Source of the DNA: Rhodosorus marinus CCMP1338
Taxonomy: Eukaryota > Plantae > Rhodophyta
NCBI GenBank assembly: GCA_029953675.1
Contig: JAMWBK010000010.1
Location: 620,001 to 684,000 of the forward strand
Length of the DNA: 64,000 bases
Direction: 5' to 3'
The notes under the pieces are model-generated. The model made no database searches. It was not told the DNA's origin and saw only the letters and a program-made list of their open reading frames with translations. The position numbers and the translations under genes are program-made. This document shows positions 1 through 12,050 of this stretch, one piece after another (position 1 is the stretch's first letter; every line of letters starts with the position of its first letter).

Positions 1-3000
1 CGGATTTACCAACCTGAACCATACGAGGCAGCCGCGGTGGCCATGATTCAGAGGATGCCAACCACACTCGCCGAAGGAAACTTCCACAGAGCGAGTATAA
101 ATTGTCGCTTACCGCCAGGCGATTGTCCTTTGGCTTCAAGTCTTTTGGTATGTACACACGAACAGCACTGATCCTCTCAAACATCTTCAAAGAGCACGGT
201 ATTACAGCCCACTCCCCTGCCTGCTTGGGTTCTCTAGGACGGACCCGCATTGAGGTTCCACCCAACGAGGTGGGGTCGCAGTTCAATAGTACGTCGACTA
301 TGTACCTTTCGCCATCGAACGTAAACGGACTTAGCTCAAATGCCGAAACCAGCAGCGGAGGGGAGGTCAATCAACACGAGTTTACATACCGATCTCCTTG
401 CCCAGAAGAGTTCTTGCTTGGCTTTGTTCTCTTCGTAAAGTTGATAATTACTCCCCACCCGTATTCTGACAGCGGCTCAAAGTCAGTAACCTTCACCAAT
501 CGACCTATCCAGTGCGGTTCGCATCAGCTACCCATCGAAAGCAAGAGCTATAATTTCCATCTTTGCCTACCTGGCTGCAGGAAAGGAACGATGTACTGGG
601 GTTTAAAAACATACGACCTTATCTCCTGGAAGAGCGAGTCCTTCTGTGACACCAAGCTAGTGTACTCGGAAATCTGCGTAGTCCCAACAAGAACGAATGA
701 TATACCGGCTTCAGAACAGTTTCAGTAAAACAAAAACCATGGGATTTAGCCCTCGCATATTCATAGAGGCATATTTGTGGCGTACGTCGTTCTCAAATCC
801 AGACAGATCAATTTTCGCTTTGGAATCTTCCAAGGACACGAGCTTCGCCTCCGCATCCGGAAGAGCTCTGTCAGCCTGGAACTGCGCGAACGACTTCGAA
901 ATTATGTATTGAGGGTCCGCCTCGTCTGCGCGGAGTAGATTCAGCAACATATTGTAGCCAAGATGGAAGGACGACTTCAACGGGTCGGTGTTTCCTAAAT
1001 CCAATGAAAACGTAAAGTAAGAAATGATGGTCTGCAACTGACCTGCGTTTTCGGTTCTGTTTGATGCTTACCTTTCAGAATCTTCTTTGCTTGTTCCGGT
1101 TCCATTTTTTCGTCGAACATAAGAATAGTGATACCTCTTTCGTCCAATCCACGACGACCCGCTCGACCACTCATTTGGATATACTCTCCTCCCGTAAGCC
1201 ATCGGAAAGATTCTCCGTCAAACTTTCTGGCGGCCACGAAAACAACGGTTTTTGCTGGCATATTCAGGCCCATTGAGAAAGTCTCAGTGGCAAACAGTGC
1301 TTTGATGAGACCTTCCCCGAACAAAATCTCCACGACCTAAGGCGAATGGTACGGAAATCAGTTTCTAATTCGATAATCGGAAAGACGAAATGCTCAGAAG
1401 CAAGAAATTCGTGCAACGCCTGGCCACGAACTATTGGGGAGAATTACGATATTCGAACATGACCCGAGGCGAGGCGCTCCGCGTAACCTCGGCCAGTGCC
1501 AGGCAATGTAGAAGGTGCGGCCGGACTGCCGTGCCAGTAACTCTCATTCTGGCTGGTGTAATTGCATCGCTGTCAGGCGGTCAAAAACCCGCGTTCGTGA
1601 CCAGCGTGCCATCTAGAACTAGTTTTCAATAGGACTGTTTGCCGTGCACTGCTCACCTCCTTCAGTATTGGTAACAGCCCAGAATGATGAATACCGATTC
1701 CTCGCTGAAGCAAGGGCAAGGCAGCGGTCAGCTGAGGCAGCCGTTGGTCTTCCTCCGACAGTGAATCAATCGCATGAGTGAAGACCTTCGCGAGAAAACA
1801 AGTTTAGAGTTCAAGAGAACCAGCTAATGTTAGCTTTGCCAATCGTACGCATCACGATCGTTTGGTTTTTGCAAACCTCTGCGATTAATCGTTTCTCTTC
1901 ATCATCAGTGAACTCTAGTTTCGACATCTGCAGAGCCAAACTCTCGCAATCTCGCCTCGAGAACGCGAAGACAATCACTGGATCGTAGTTTCTGTCACGA
2001 ATAAGCTTTACAACCTTGTACACATCCGATGACCCCTTCCTATTCTTCATCCTACTCTTCTTCGCAGCATCTGCATCGCCCTTCTCATTGGCCCCACCTT
2101 CAATTTGCGAAAGCGCTTTTGAAAAGTTCTCCTCCCTGAATCGACCTAGCAAACAGGCAATCAAGAAGTCGCCAATAAATTCAACGGTTTGCCGTGCTGC
2201 GATTCAGACGCATGGATCAATATCCAATGGGCATACCTTTTTCGTCCACAACGAAGTGCAGACCATCACCCCCGGCTGGAAACATGTAGTGTTGAAGAGG
2301 CACGGGTCTCATTGAAGTATAGATTGTATGGCAGGGCTCTTGCTTGATCTCAGCGATCCATTCCGAAAACTCCTGCGCGTTAGGAATTGTCGCCGACAAG
2401 AAGACGAACCTCACGTTTTTGGGTACCATGATGATTGCTTCCTCCCACACGACGCCTCTCTCTTTGTCTCTCATGTAGTGAACTTCGTCAAAGATGACCC
2501 ACGCGATCTCGCGAACTACTTCAGAGCCTCTGTAGAGCATGCTTCTGAGAATCTCGGTCGTCATTACCAGGCATGAACTGTTCGGGTTGATCGTGATGTC
2601 CCCCGTCATAAGCCCAACATCATCAAACTCTTCCTGGAGCTCTCGATACTTTTGGTTCGAAAGAGCTTTGATTGGCGATGTATAGATCACTCGTTGCTTG
2701 TTTCTTAGCGATTTTGCGATTGCGTACTCCGCAACGACAGTCTTTCCAGCTGAAGTATGCGCGGAGACGAGAACGGATTCTTCTCTCTCAATGCACTTGA
2801 CGGCTTCTGCCTGAAATGCGTCGAGCGTGAATTTGTACTTCTTCGCTGGGTCGGTGACTTTCATGTTTTCCAGGTCATCGAAGTCGTAACTGTCTTGGTC
2901 GCGACCAGAAGGCAACGACAAATCGTGCGTGCAGGTACTATTATTCTCGTACTCTGGAATCTTTAATCCATAAGACCTGGGTCTTTCTCTCGGCTTGAGG

Positions 3001-3230
3001 CTGTCATCACCGTTCTCATCAAGTTTGATAACTTTCTGTTCTTTCTCATCATCATCGTCGTCATCGATTTCCACAACCTCATCCAAATCATCGTGTTTTC
3101 TTTTTCTTTTTTCTTCAGCATCATCATCCTTAGCCAACCCGCTGCTCGCCTGCGCTGCCGTTTCCCCGGTTTCTACCCCGGTGTTTGTATCCGGGGTCTG
3201 ATCGAAAACATCAAAACTTTCTAAATCCAT
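1..3230 (-). CDS. MTR4: Ski2-like DExH RNA helicase MTR4/DOB1 (exosome/TRAMP cofactor); 3' part lies beyond the window start
   Basis: Motifs [55 protein letters not shown], and arch/KOW FLQPGRLV...YIVDVLL. Exons joined at GT-AG introns: 3230-2237, 2145-1877, 1785-1657, 1336-1072, 994-786, 673-571, 504-390, 305-113, then an intron from 112. Confidence 0.95.
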
Positions 3231-5142
3231 GTCGAATTACTCCCTTAGCGCAATGTCCATAGAAATTTTCTTCTACAAGGACACCTAGGATTCTGAATGT
3301 CCCACGTGCCCTACCAACAACCCAAGCTACCCCTTGCTGCAGGCTTTTTATCGCTTCCCAAAATGTCATTTAGCTTCAGTTCAACGACGATGACAAAGCC
3401 ACGCGGACGCGAGGGTCTTTTGACGCGCAAGAAAAAACCTGTCGAAGGAACTTTTTCCAGGGCGGAAGTTTTTTATTTGGGTTCTGAGAGGGCCTCACTA
3501 AGGCGGCCCCATTTTTTCAACGTGGACAGCGTTGGAACGAAAAGAAGCTGTGCTCGGATATCTGAAGAGAGGCTCAGTGCCTCTTCTCGCGATCGCCGCT
3601 TCAACCCAGCCATCTCAAACCTCTCGCAGGAGTTCAAAAGCGGATAGTAATCATAACTATCACTTATAACAGCAGTCTAGCTCTCTCATATACAACAAAG
3701 GAGAGTCTATGGTCTGCTTAGCTGGTCAGAAACGCCCTCTGGAAGATTGCTGGGCATCACGTCCGGAGCTCGAACCGAAGCCACCAGTTTGAGGACTCGG
3801 ATAGTCAATCAATATATAATTTTTGATTGATTTTCTATGGGTAAATTGTTTATTTCTGTACTATTCGTACTAAAATGGTTTTTCATTCGTCCTTAGAGCT
3901 TTTCTGACGCTTAGTACGGGCCGCCCTGAAAGTAGAAACCCGCTACGCTTTTTTTAGAAAAATGAATTTTTGTACATAAGAATTTTTTTTTGTTTGATGC
4001 GATGCAACAATAGGGAAACCGGAGAGGGGAGGGAGGGGGTGAGTTGTTGCCGTTAACAACTCCCGATCTACAGTGTTTCAACGTAGGGACCATAGGGGTC
4101 AAAAGTACCAACAAAAAGCGGGGTAATGTTTTGCGGCGACTTTTCTTCATAATATCGACCCAGACTGTTCTTGTCAAAAGTATCTAGGGGGTTATCACAG
4201 TCAAAGAATACTACAGGGGGACAATCGTTTTTGCAGTGGAAGGGGGGGGGGTGTAACCTCAACCAGTGCTTTTTGGTCTAAACTTTTTAAGTTTTTCCTG
4301 TACGGAAGAAGAGTTGCGAAAAGGTACATTTTAAAATAGCGTAATAATGAGCATAACAAAAACTCCAAAAAGGGCGAAAAAGAAAGATGAAATTTGTTTT
4401 AGAGGAAAATAATGTTTTAGTATTGGTAATTTTATGTATACATTTGGAGTAGGCGGAATGGAGGAGCGGACTGGAGGAAAGGCTGACTTTCTTGACATGA
4501 AGATGGGAAAACCAATATAGGAGAATTCCTTTTACACATTTTTAGTGACTCTGGTGAGGGGAAAGGGAGAGCCAACTAATGGGGGGGTGTGAAGGTTCTG
4601 AGGGGCTGACTTTCTTGAAGCGGATGAGAAAGCGATACAAGCGAATCTTCTTTCATCTTTAAGAGTGACTCGGTCCCTTTTTTTAGAAATATTGTCTTTT
4701 TGGACCTTGCTGGGCAGCCGTGTGAGGGGCGAGGGGCTTCGGAGAAAGAAGCCGCTCTTGAATTTGTTGACGGAGATTTGGTTTGTTTGGCCTCTTTTCT
4801 TTGGTTTTTTAGCTGTCCCGGGAGAATTTGTTTTTCCGAATGATTCGCACAAGTTGCTGAAGGTAGACGATCGGGCGCGAGTGCTTGACCGGCCTGGCGG
4901 CGGTCCGGTTTGACTTTGGAGGAAGTCCCCAGTCCGGGGTTTTGGGTTAGGTATGTGCGAGTGTGGACTAGTTGGGGTAGGGAAGGGTCGTCGTTTTGCT
5001 ATATAGTCGGGCGAGATGGGACCGGCAGCTATCTTTTAGTGGAGGAGGAGTAGTATTAGCGGAAAATTTTGGTACAGCTCGTTTGCTGGTTTAGACCGAG
5101 TCTGTCAGACAGTGACGATCGAGGCTTTCGCTGAAGTTAGCC

Positions 5143-6803
5143 ATGGATGGGGATAGCATCTTTCCGGATGCGCAGTCAGAGGAGTTTTACTTCAAGTACA
5201 TCGCCCTGCTCTTTCGCTTCTTCGGGACTTTGATATGCGCTACAATGATTTTGATGGGGTACTACTTGGTGAGCTGTAGGCGGCAGAGACTGACTGCAGA
5301 AGCGAAGCTTGGCGAAATTGAAAAAGAGAAACGGGAGTGGGATTCCAAGGGGAGGGAGCTCCTGCTCTCGTATACGAAACATAATAAGGATTTGGTACCT
5401 ACCAAACTCTCGAATCTGTCCGAGTCCAGCATGCCATTGGCGACTGCGGAAAGTTCGGCTTATATGGAGCAATTTGATTCTAGTGTTCTTGTTAAACCAG
5501 ACGAAGTTATAACTGTGGAGATGATTGGAAAGGGTGGCTTCGGAACCGTCTTCAAAGGAGTATGGCGGGGGACTCCAGTGGCGGTTAAGGTTATTTTTGT
5601 ACCTCAAGCCAACAAAAGCGCCCTATCAGGGATAATCAACGAAGCGGAAACTCTTTCTAGGTAAGGGATGGGGGTGGGATCTGGAGGACACGGGCGGGAG
5701 GCTGACTATATATATGCTGCCTGCGTTTTGATGAATAGGTTGCGACATCCAAATGTTGTGTTGTACATGGGAATCTCGTTTCTGGAGAACAAATCAATCA
5801 GCATAATCACCGAACTGATGGAACGAGGAAGTCTCTTCCACGTGCTCCATCAGGTTGAAACAGGGCCAGATGGCGTAGACCGGTACAAGACGGATCTGCC
5901 ACTTGGAAGGAGGATTCGATTTGCCCTGGAGGCCGCGAGGGGTCTAAACTACTTGCACAATTGTCGATATCCTGTAGTTCACAAAGATTTGAAATCGCTC
6001 AACCTGCTTGTGTCTTCTGACATGACGGTGAAGGTTGCTGATTTCGGCTTGTCTTCGATTGCGAGGGAGACGCTACTGAGCAGCCAATGTGGTGGAACTC
6101 CAGAATGGTAGGTGATTCTTAAACGATCCTTTTGTGCGTGGCCTGCGTTTTAAAGCGTCTAATGCAAACTTTTTCTTCGTCCAGGTCCGCCCCCGAAGTG
6201 CTGAGAAACGAAAAGCATGGACTACCATGCGACATATACTCCTTGGGGGTAGTGTTGTGGGAAATTATTACACGGGACGTACCGTTCAAAGGCATGAGCG
6301 GGGCGCAGATCATCTCGCACGTTGCTGTCAGCGGAGGTCGACTACCAAAGGCCGTTCCTGATTCCGAACTAGAGTTCGCTGGATGCGAAAAGTGCTTAGA
6401 GGACATGGACATGCTGATCCGGGAATGTACGGATCCTAGCCCGTCGAAGAGACCCACCTCCAGCGAGTTACTGAGCCGGCTTGAGCGACTGGGAGACGAA
6501 CTCACGAGCACAACTTCCCCATGCCACCCCGACGCTTGGAAGCAGACCGCAGGAGGGACTATGGAGGAAAGACGAAAGATCGCATCAGCGGACGGTCAGA
6601 ATCAGCAGTCAGCTGGACCTAAAAAGCACAGCGGAGCTGAATCAGAACCTGCGACTACCATTGAAGCTTCTGAAGAACTAATTCCTGCCAATGAGCCTGA
6701 CAAACCTGAAAAGGCCAAAATGTCCGGGCGCGCGAGGAGGGGGCTGGAGCCTCTTAGGTTACGACTATCCAAAATGAACGTTTCCGACCCGTCGAAGTAC
6801 TGA
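5143..6803 (+). CDS. TKL/Raf-like Ser/Thr protein kinase with an N-terminal transmembrane segment
   Basis: GKGGFGTV, VAVK, LRHPN, HKDLKSLN, DFG, GTPEWSAPE, DIYSLG. Exons 5143-5660, 5739-6107, 6185-6803. Hydrophobic IALLFRFFGTLICATMILMGYYLV followed by RRQR. Confidence 0.9.
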
Positions 6804-7251
6804 TGTGTGCGCAGGAATCCTTTGGAGATTTGGACAGATTGATACTAACATCTCTTTTTAATTAATAAAACTGGAAAGATCAAGATAAGCTTTTCTCTAC
6901 TGGCACGCCACGTGGCAGAGTTCTCCCTATCCACAGCGCTAGCCTTTCGGTGTGCAACTTGATGGGCGCCAAGCAAAGCAGCAAAAAAAAGAACTCGAAA
7001 CCCTGCAGAACCGGCTTCGTAGCAGGGGCGGGTCTGACAGTGCGAGGAGTATCCAGCTACCATATACCAATTGGTACTGGTTTAGGGGCAAACAAAACAC
7101 ACTAGGAAGTGTGGCTCACAAATACCCCAAACACTGGCTGCACACTCGCCCTAGGTTAACCAGGCTATCTACAGAACCCCAACTCCACCTCCGTCTTCAC
7201 TGTAAAGTCCTGTAAGCACCCTCAATTCCGTTCAATCCCGCTCTGTTTAGC

Positions 7252-7585
7252 ATTGGCTACTATAGACCAATTAAGCTTCTAAACCTTCATTCACCGCTAT
7301 TTGTTCCGTCTTGATTGGTTTCTATTTCGTGTCAAGCCCAAAAATTAAATTAATTGGTCTATCCCGCCACTATATCATTCACCATATCCAATAAAACAAC
7401 TTAAAACTCGTCATCCCACCTAATCATTCATGATGGGATCAAATAGCTTGTGAAGACCAATTAAAAATCTTAGCTATCGAATAAACCCTCTACTACTCTA
7501 TTATTGGTCGGAGAGGATTATGTTAAGTTCATGTTAAGACGTTTAATTGGTTTTATACGAATATTATAAACACTCTGTGTCCAAT
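7252..7585. promoter_or_regulatory. Cluster of nine CCAAT/ATTGG boxes in the AT-rich region upstream of the CCD-like gene
   Basis: CCAAT or ATTGG at 7252, 7267, 7314, 7353, 7388, 7457, 7503, 7546 and 7581; the 10-mer GACCAATTAA occurs three times counting both strands. Confidence 0.5.
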
Positions 7586-7944
7586 TAATAGCCTTATAAC
7601 CTTATTTTGCTTAATGTTGTTTTGCTTAGGATATTTCTGATCCATTCGTTTCGATGGATTGTGGGTGCATTCGGAGCTGGCGGTGGTTGGGGAGGAGTGG
7701 ATGAGATTGGTACACTGAAATTTGTCAGAGGCGAATACCGAAGGCTGGGTTGGGGGAGTAGAGAAGCAGAAGAGACAGAAATTTTTGGCAGTCATTGAGA
7801 GTTTTTCTCTTCGTGGAGGGATCTTTGTGTTTGCCGAATTGGCGTTGGAGCCTCAGGTGTTTGAGGGAGGGTGTCTTCCTGGTCCTGGTTACTGGGGAGA
7901 AGAACTGGTCTGGTCCTGTGTAGAGCGTCGCAGATAATTTCAGA

Positions 7945-10319
7945 ATGCTGGACGGTGAATGCTCGTTCGTGAGTCCGGCGTCGTGGTGCAATCGTCATTC
8001 AGCGGGTGTGGGGCATGTTCACGGTTGGTGGTTTTTTTTTCTGCTGAGGCGTGATGCCCGGTGATTTGGTTTTTGTAGGAATAGGATAGACTGATCGTTC
8101 GATTCGGGTTTCTTTATTGGTTTCTTAATCTGACTGTAGGGGCGCGACCGGGAGTTCCGCTGCATATTCGGCGAACCTCGGCAAGTCGTCTTGGTGCTAG
8201 CACATCGGAAGCGTACACAAAAGGATTCTTTTCCGTAGAAGAGGATGAGTCGTCATACGAGATCGCGGTTGATTCTGAGAACGTGTATGGACGTGTTCCT
8301 GAGGACCTGAATGGCACTTTGTTCAGAGTCATGCCCGGAAAAGTAGACTCTCACGGGGATGCACTGAAGAGCTACTACGATGGGGACGGCATGGTTAGCT
8401 CAGACTTCTGGATGAAGATCTACAAATTTTATCCAAGCTGGAAGGGCTCAGACCAGTTGCGCTTCCGTTTCTTGTGCTCTGATCGTTAGGTTGTCGGGAT
8501 CAGTTTTGGTGAGGACGCAGTGTTTGTTCGACATCGATGCATAAGAACGAAAGCATACGACAGAGAAAAGAGGAGGAAGAAGCGATTGTACAGAGGACTC
8601 TACGGTTCGGTGCTTCCCGGAGGAAACCTTGCCAATTTTGCTGTCAAGGTAGGTGGATAAGTACTGTGCGTCAAATTTTTTATCTCCGTTTTCCCGAGCT
8701 CGGCGTTTTACAGACGATGATGCCTTTAGGTGAACGCCTTGGGCGATTTTCCCGCCCTTCCTGCGACCGACAATACCGCCGTATCGGAAGTATCGCGACT
8801 CATGTTCTTGACCAGTGGGGATCAAGGATCCCACGGGGACGGACGATCAGATCTATAGATGCTATGAATGGGTCTTTAGTTTACTGACTACGAGCTCGGG
8901 TTCTCTGCGCCCGTCTCTGAAACCGCAGATTAAGCAAACTGCGAATAGATTTGGTGTGAACTACGGTGGTCGACTACTTGCGCTCAATGACTGGGGGCTT
9001 CCATATTCTGTTGATCCCGCAAGCCTTTTGACCCGTGGCAATACTAACTTGAGAACTGAACTGGACGACGGGGACAAGATGATACCTTCGTCGAGAATTT
9101 GCAAGGACAATCTCATTCTGGCATCGAAAAGTTTTACTCCCTTCGGGGTAAGCTTAGGCCGTAACCTGCAACTGAAAAAATCCGCTGGCTCAGCCATCTC
9201 ATGTGCATGCATCAGATGAGCGTCCGATTCACAGAGTTCAAAGGAGACTACAGACTTGTAGGGAGCCAGAGCGCCGCCTTAACGAGTTTTCTCACTCAAG
9301 ATTTTGCTGTGACAGAGAAGTACTTCGTCATAGTACAGCCAGCTCTAAGTCTCGACTTAAACTCACTAGTCCTCGGGTCGAAGAAAACTTATCAGGAGGC
9401 ACTTTCTCCGAAGGGCAAAACCTCGCAGATCGTTGTGGTCGATCGGAAATCTGGAGCCTCAAAGGTTGGTTGCTTTTACCAGAGTTGCATGGTTCCATTT
9501 TCGATGTCTGAATAAGGCGAACTGTCGCTTCCACGCAAAGAAAATTGATCTTCAAGATACCAACTCCGTAATCGGACGCATCGCCAACGCCTACGACGAA
9601 GTTGAGGGAAATGTTACTATAGACGCTATCAGTCACGAGAGAGTGTTCTTTGGAGATGGATTAACGAGTAATGACTACGCAAACGACGTGCCACGCTCGA
9701 AACTAGTTCGGTAGGCAGAACCAAACTCTGGACCTGAGGACTCGTAGACGAGAACCGTAAGACACGAAATCTGATACTCTACGCGAACAGAATCCGCGTT
9801 GATGTGCAGGCGAAAACTTCCGACTTGACAGTACTTAGCGACTATCATTGTGACTACCCCGTTGTAGACTCCAGTGATGGCCGGATGCACAAACATATCT
9901 ACTCTCTTTCAAACAATGAGGCGAAAATATCTCCGCCGAGAGGGATTATGAAGACAAATCCGAAAGAAAAGGTAAGAACTCAGGTTTCCTGTATTTTGGA
10001 TGGGCTTCTAGAGCTTGCTAGTCAAGAGGCCTGACATCACTTCACCAATGATGTTCACCAGACGAACGAAGTGTGGGTTCCAGAAAGTCCTTCGCAATAT
10101 TGCTCGGCACCCGCCTTCGCTCCAAGAGAAGGCGCTACTGATAGCACTGCAGGGTACATCGTGACTGTAGTATTTGATTCGGAGACCGAACAGTCATCCG
10201 TCGCAATTTTGGACTCTGAAGCATTCACAGATGGTCCTGTTTGCTGGATCAGATTGGAGTCTCCAGTACCACATGGTGTATGTTCTTCTTGGTCAAACTC
10301 GGTCTACTCGTACGTATAA
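7945..10319 (+). CDS. Carotenoid cleavage dioxygenase (CCD/RPE65 fold) homolog, probably plastid-targeted and catalytically inactive
   Basis: Family motifs GRVPEDLNGTLFR, YDGDGMV, GLPYSVDP, DFAVTEKY, ANAYDE, PAFAPR, GYIVTVV, AILD, GPVCWIRL. Exons 7945-8023, 8140-8393, 8490-8648, 8929-9147, 9216-9464, 9541-9710, 9791-9971, 10062-10319. N-terminus MLDGECSFVSPAS resembles a red algal transit peptide. Confidence 0.85.
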
Positions 10320-11199
10320 GCCAAGATACCGGAAAAGTCGCCAGTTCTCACTCCACGAAGACGGATGCTAATTGTCGTGCACCTTTTCGTCGCAGGATCA
10401 AAGACGCGAAGAAGACGAACAGCTTTGAGATATTCAAGGACAAGGGATGGAACACTGTTGATAGCGGGTTCTCTATGATAGGAATGCAGGGATTCGAGGA
10501 CGAATTCTAGGTGCCCATAGCGTCTACGCGCGTCATTTAGCTGTTGTCGTGTAATTTCGTGTCCTGGGAGCTCGACTTTATAGGCGGATCTTAAGCTTTT
10601 TGTGAGGATCATGGTTTTTGTCTCTACCGAGCCTCTATTTGCATAGCAAAGGATTCACAAGGCCAGTAGGGGAACGTTTAATCTACTGCCGATCCGCACC
10701 TTGTAAGTGCAGAATGGGAGCCTAGAGCTTTTGAATGCAGTTAAGACCTGTTCGTCGGCTACTCCGAACGGACTGCTTACCGGTGACTGAATAGCTGTGT
10801 TTATGCCTGATAGAGAGGCTGGATCTATGCGAATCCGAATCCCGCGGTTGTTGTCGAGGATCCAGTTTTTGTCGCGGTGTCTAGTCAGCCAAAGGTGGTG
10901 GTGTGTGGGGGTGGCTTGCTAACAGATCATGTCTGAATGATATGATCTGAATTAGTTTTGGAAATGCCTCTACCAACATGAAGGTCGGTGACCTCGATGG
11001 AATTCATTTTAGATTGTGATAAAACAGTACATTAAAGTTAAGCTCGCATTTTTCCGCAGTTTTCGTGAAAGTTGGGTGTGAGCCACAAGCTGCGTCCACG
11101 GACGGCTGGGGACGGTATGGACAAAAAACTAGTGGCCACAGAGTTCGAGGGAGTTCACTAACTCTCTCGAGGTCCCTTCCGTTTTCTCGAGCTATGCTT

Positions 11200-12050
11200 G
11201 TCGGGAATAGCTTCCCAACTAAGCTGCAACCCGCTTCAAAGTGATCATTCTGAAGGGCACCCTCATCTCCACTTCAAAACCGAAATTTGGACAGTTTCGC
11301 AACTCTGTGGCAAGCAAAATTTTGTCGCCGCGAACTCCAACTTACGTCGCCATGCAAAGCAGCCAGGGAATTCCCACAAGTATGCTGAATTGAACAGAGA
11401 GAAAGCCAAGGAAGTCCTCGTAAGGAAAATCTAGGCCTGATTCGACAAACAAAGACTTTGCCCTCGCACCATCTTCAAGACAGTAGTTGTCGCAGTCACT
11501 ACTACTGGGGAAGGAGCGAAGACTTGCTATTGTCCGCTTGCAAGGGAATTTGAGAATGAAACACAGCACTACGGCTGTCATGGCGTCTGAGGAAAAGAGC
11601 ATGTTAAAACAGCTCGGAGAGAGACATGAGAAGCTGAAGCATAAGATCCACACGACGAAGATCCCGATAAAGAGCAAATGGGGCAGGGTAAGCGTGCTAG
11701 ACCGCGCGAATTGTTGTCCTCTTCTACTAGTTTGCGAAATGATCTTGTGAACCAATCTGGGGTAGTTTTATACAATTGTCGCGGCACCCATGTTCTCAGC
11801 TTCTGAAGTACTGCTCGTCTTTGAACTGGTTTTCTCTGGACTCGACATGCCACGATCGCGAAACACAGTCCGCGATGGGGATGTTGTACTGCTCAATAAC
11901 TTTCGGTAAGTTCCTTCTACACGAGCAGGCGATCGTGCTTTGGAATCGGTTAAGGTGACGTAGGACGGCAGTGAAAATGGATGCCTGTTGAAGTCATCTC
12001 ATACGACAGAAAAAAGCTTTGCAGATGACTGTGTCTGTTCCGGGCACTCC
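11200..12050 (+). mobile_element. Possible highly degenerate DNA-transposon relic (IS630/Tc1-like)
   Basis: Stop-interrupted frame YTIVAA...VRDGDVVLLNNFR* (11769-11909) resembles the IS630 'TxIAA...LRPGDIVIMDNL' segment. No TIRs found; weak. Confidence 0.2.

Noticed and set aside
102-728. 208-aa plus-strand ORF and other long antisense ORFs (e.g. 44032-44793, 54846-55400, 18394-18885)
   Set aside because: They are shadows of well-supported genes on the opposite strand and have no motifs of their own.
3745-3800. tRNA gene on the minus strand (GGTTCGAGCTCC)
   Set aside because: The T-loop is 8 nt and there is no acceptor stem, D arm or anticodon arm; kept only as a low-interest SINE-like finding.
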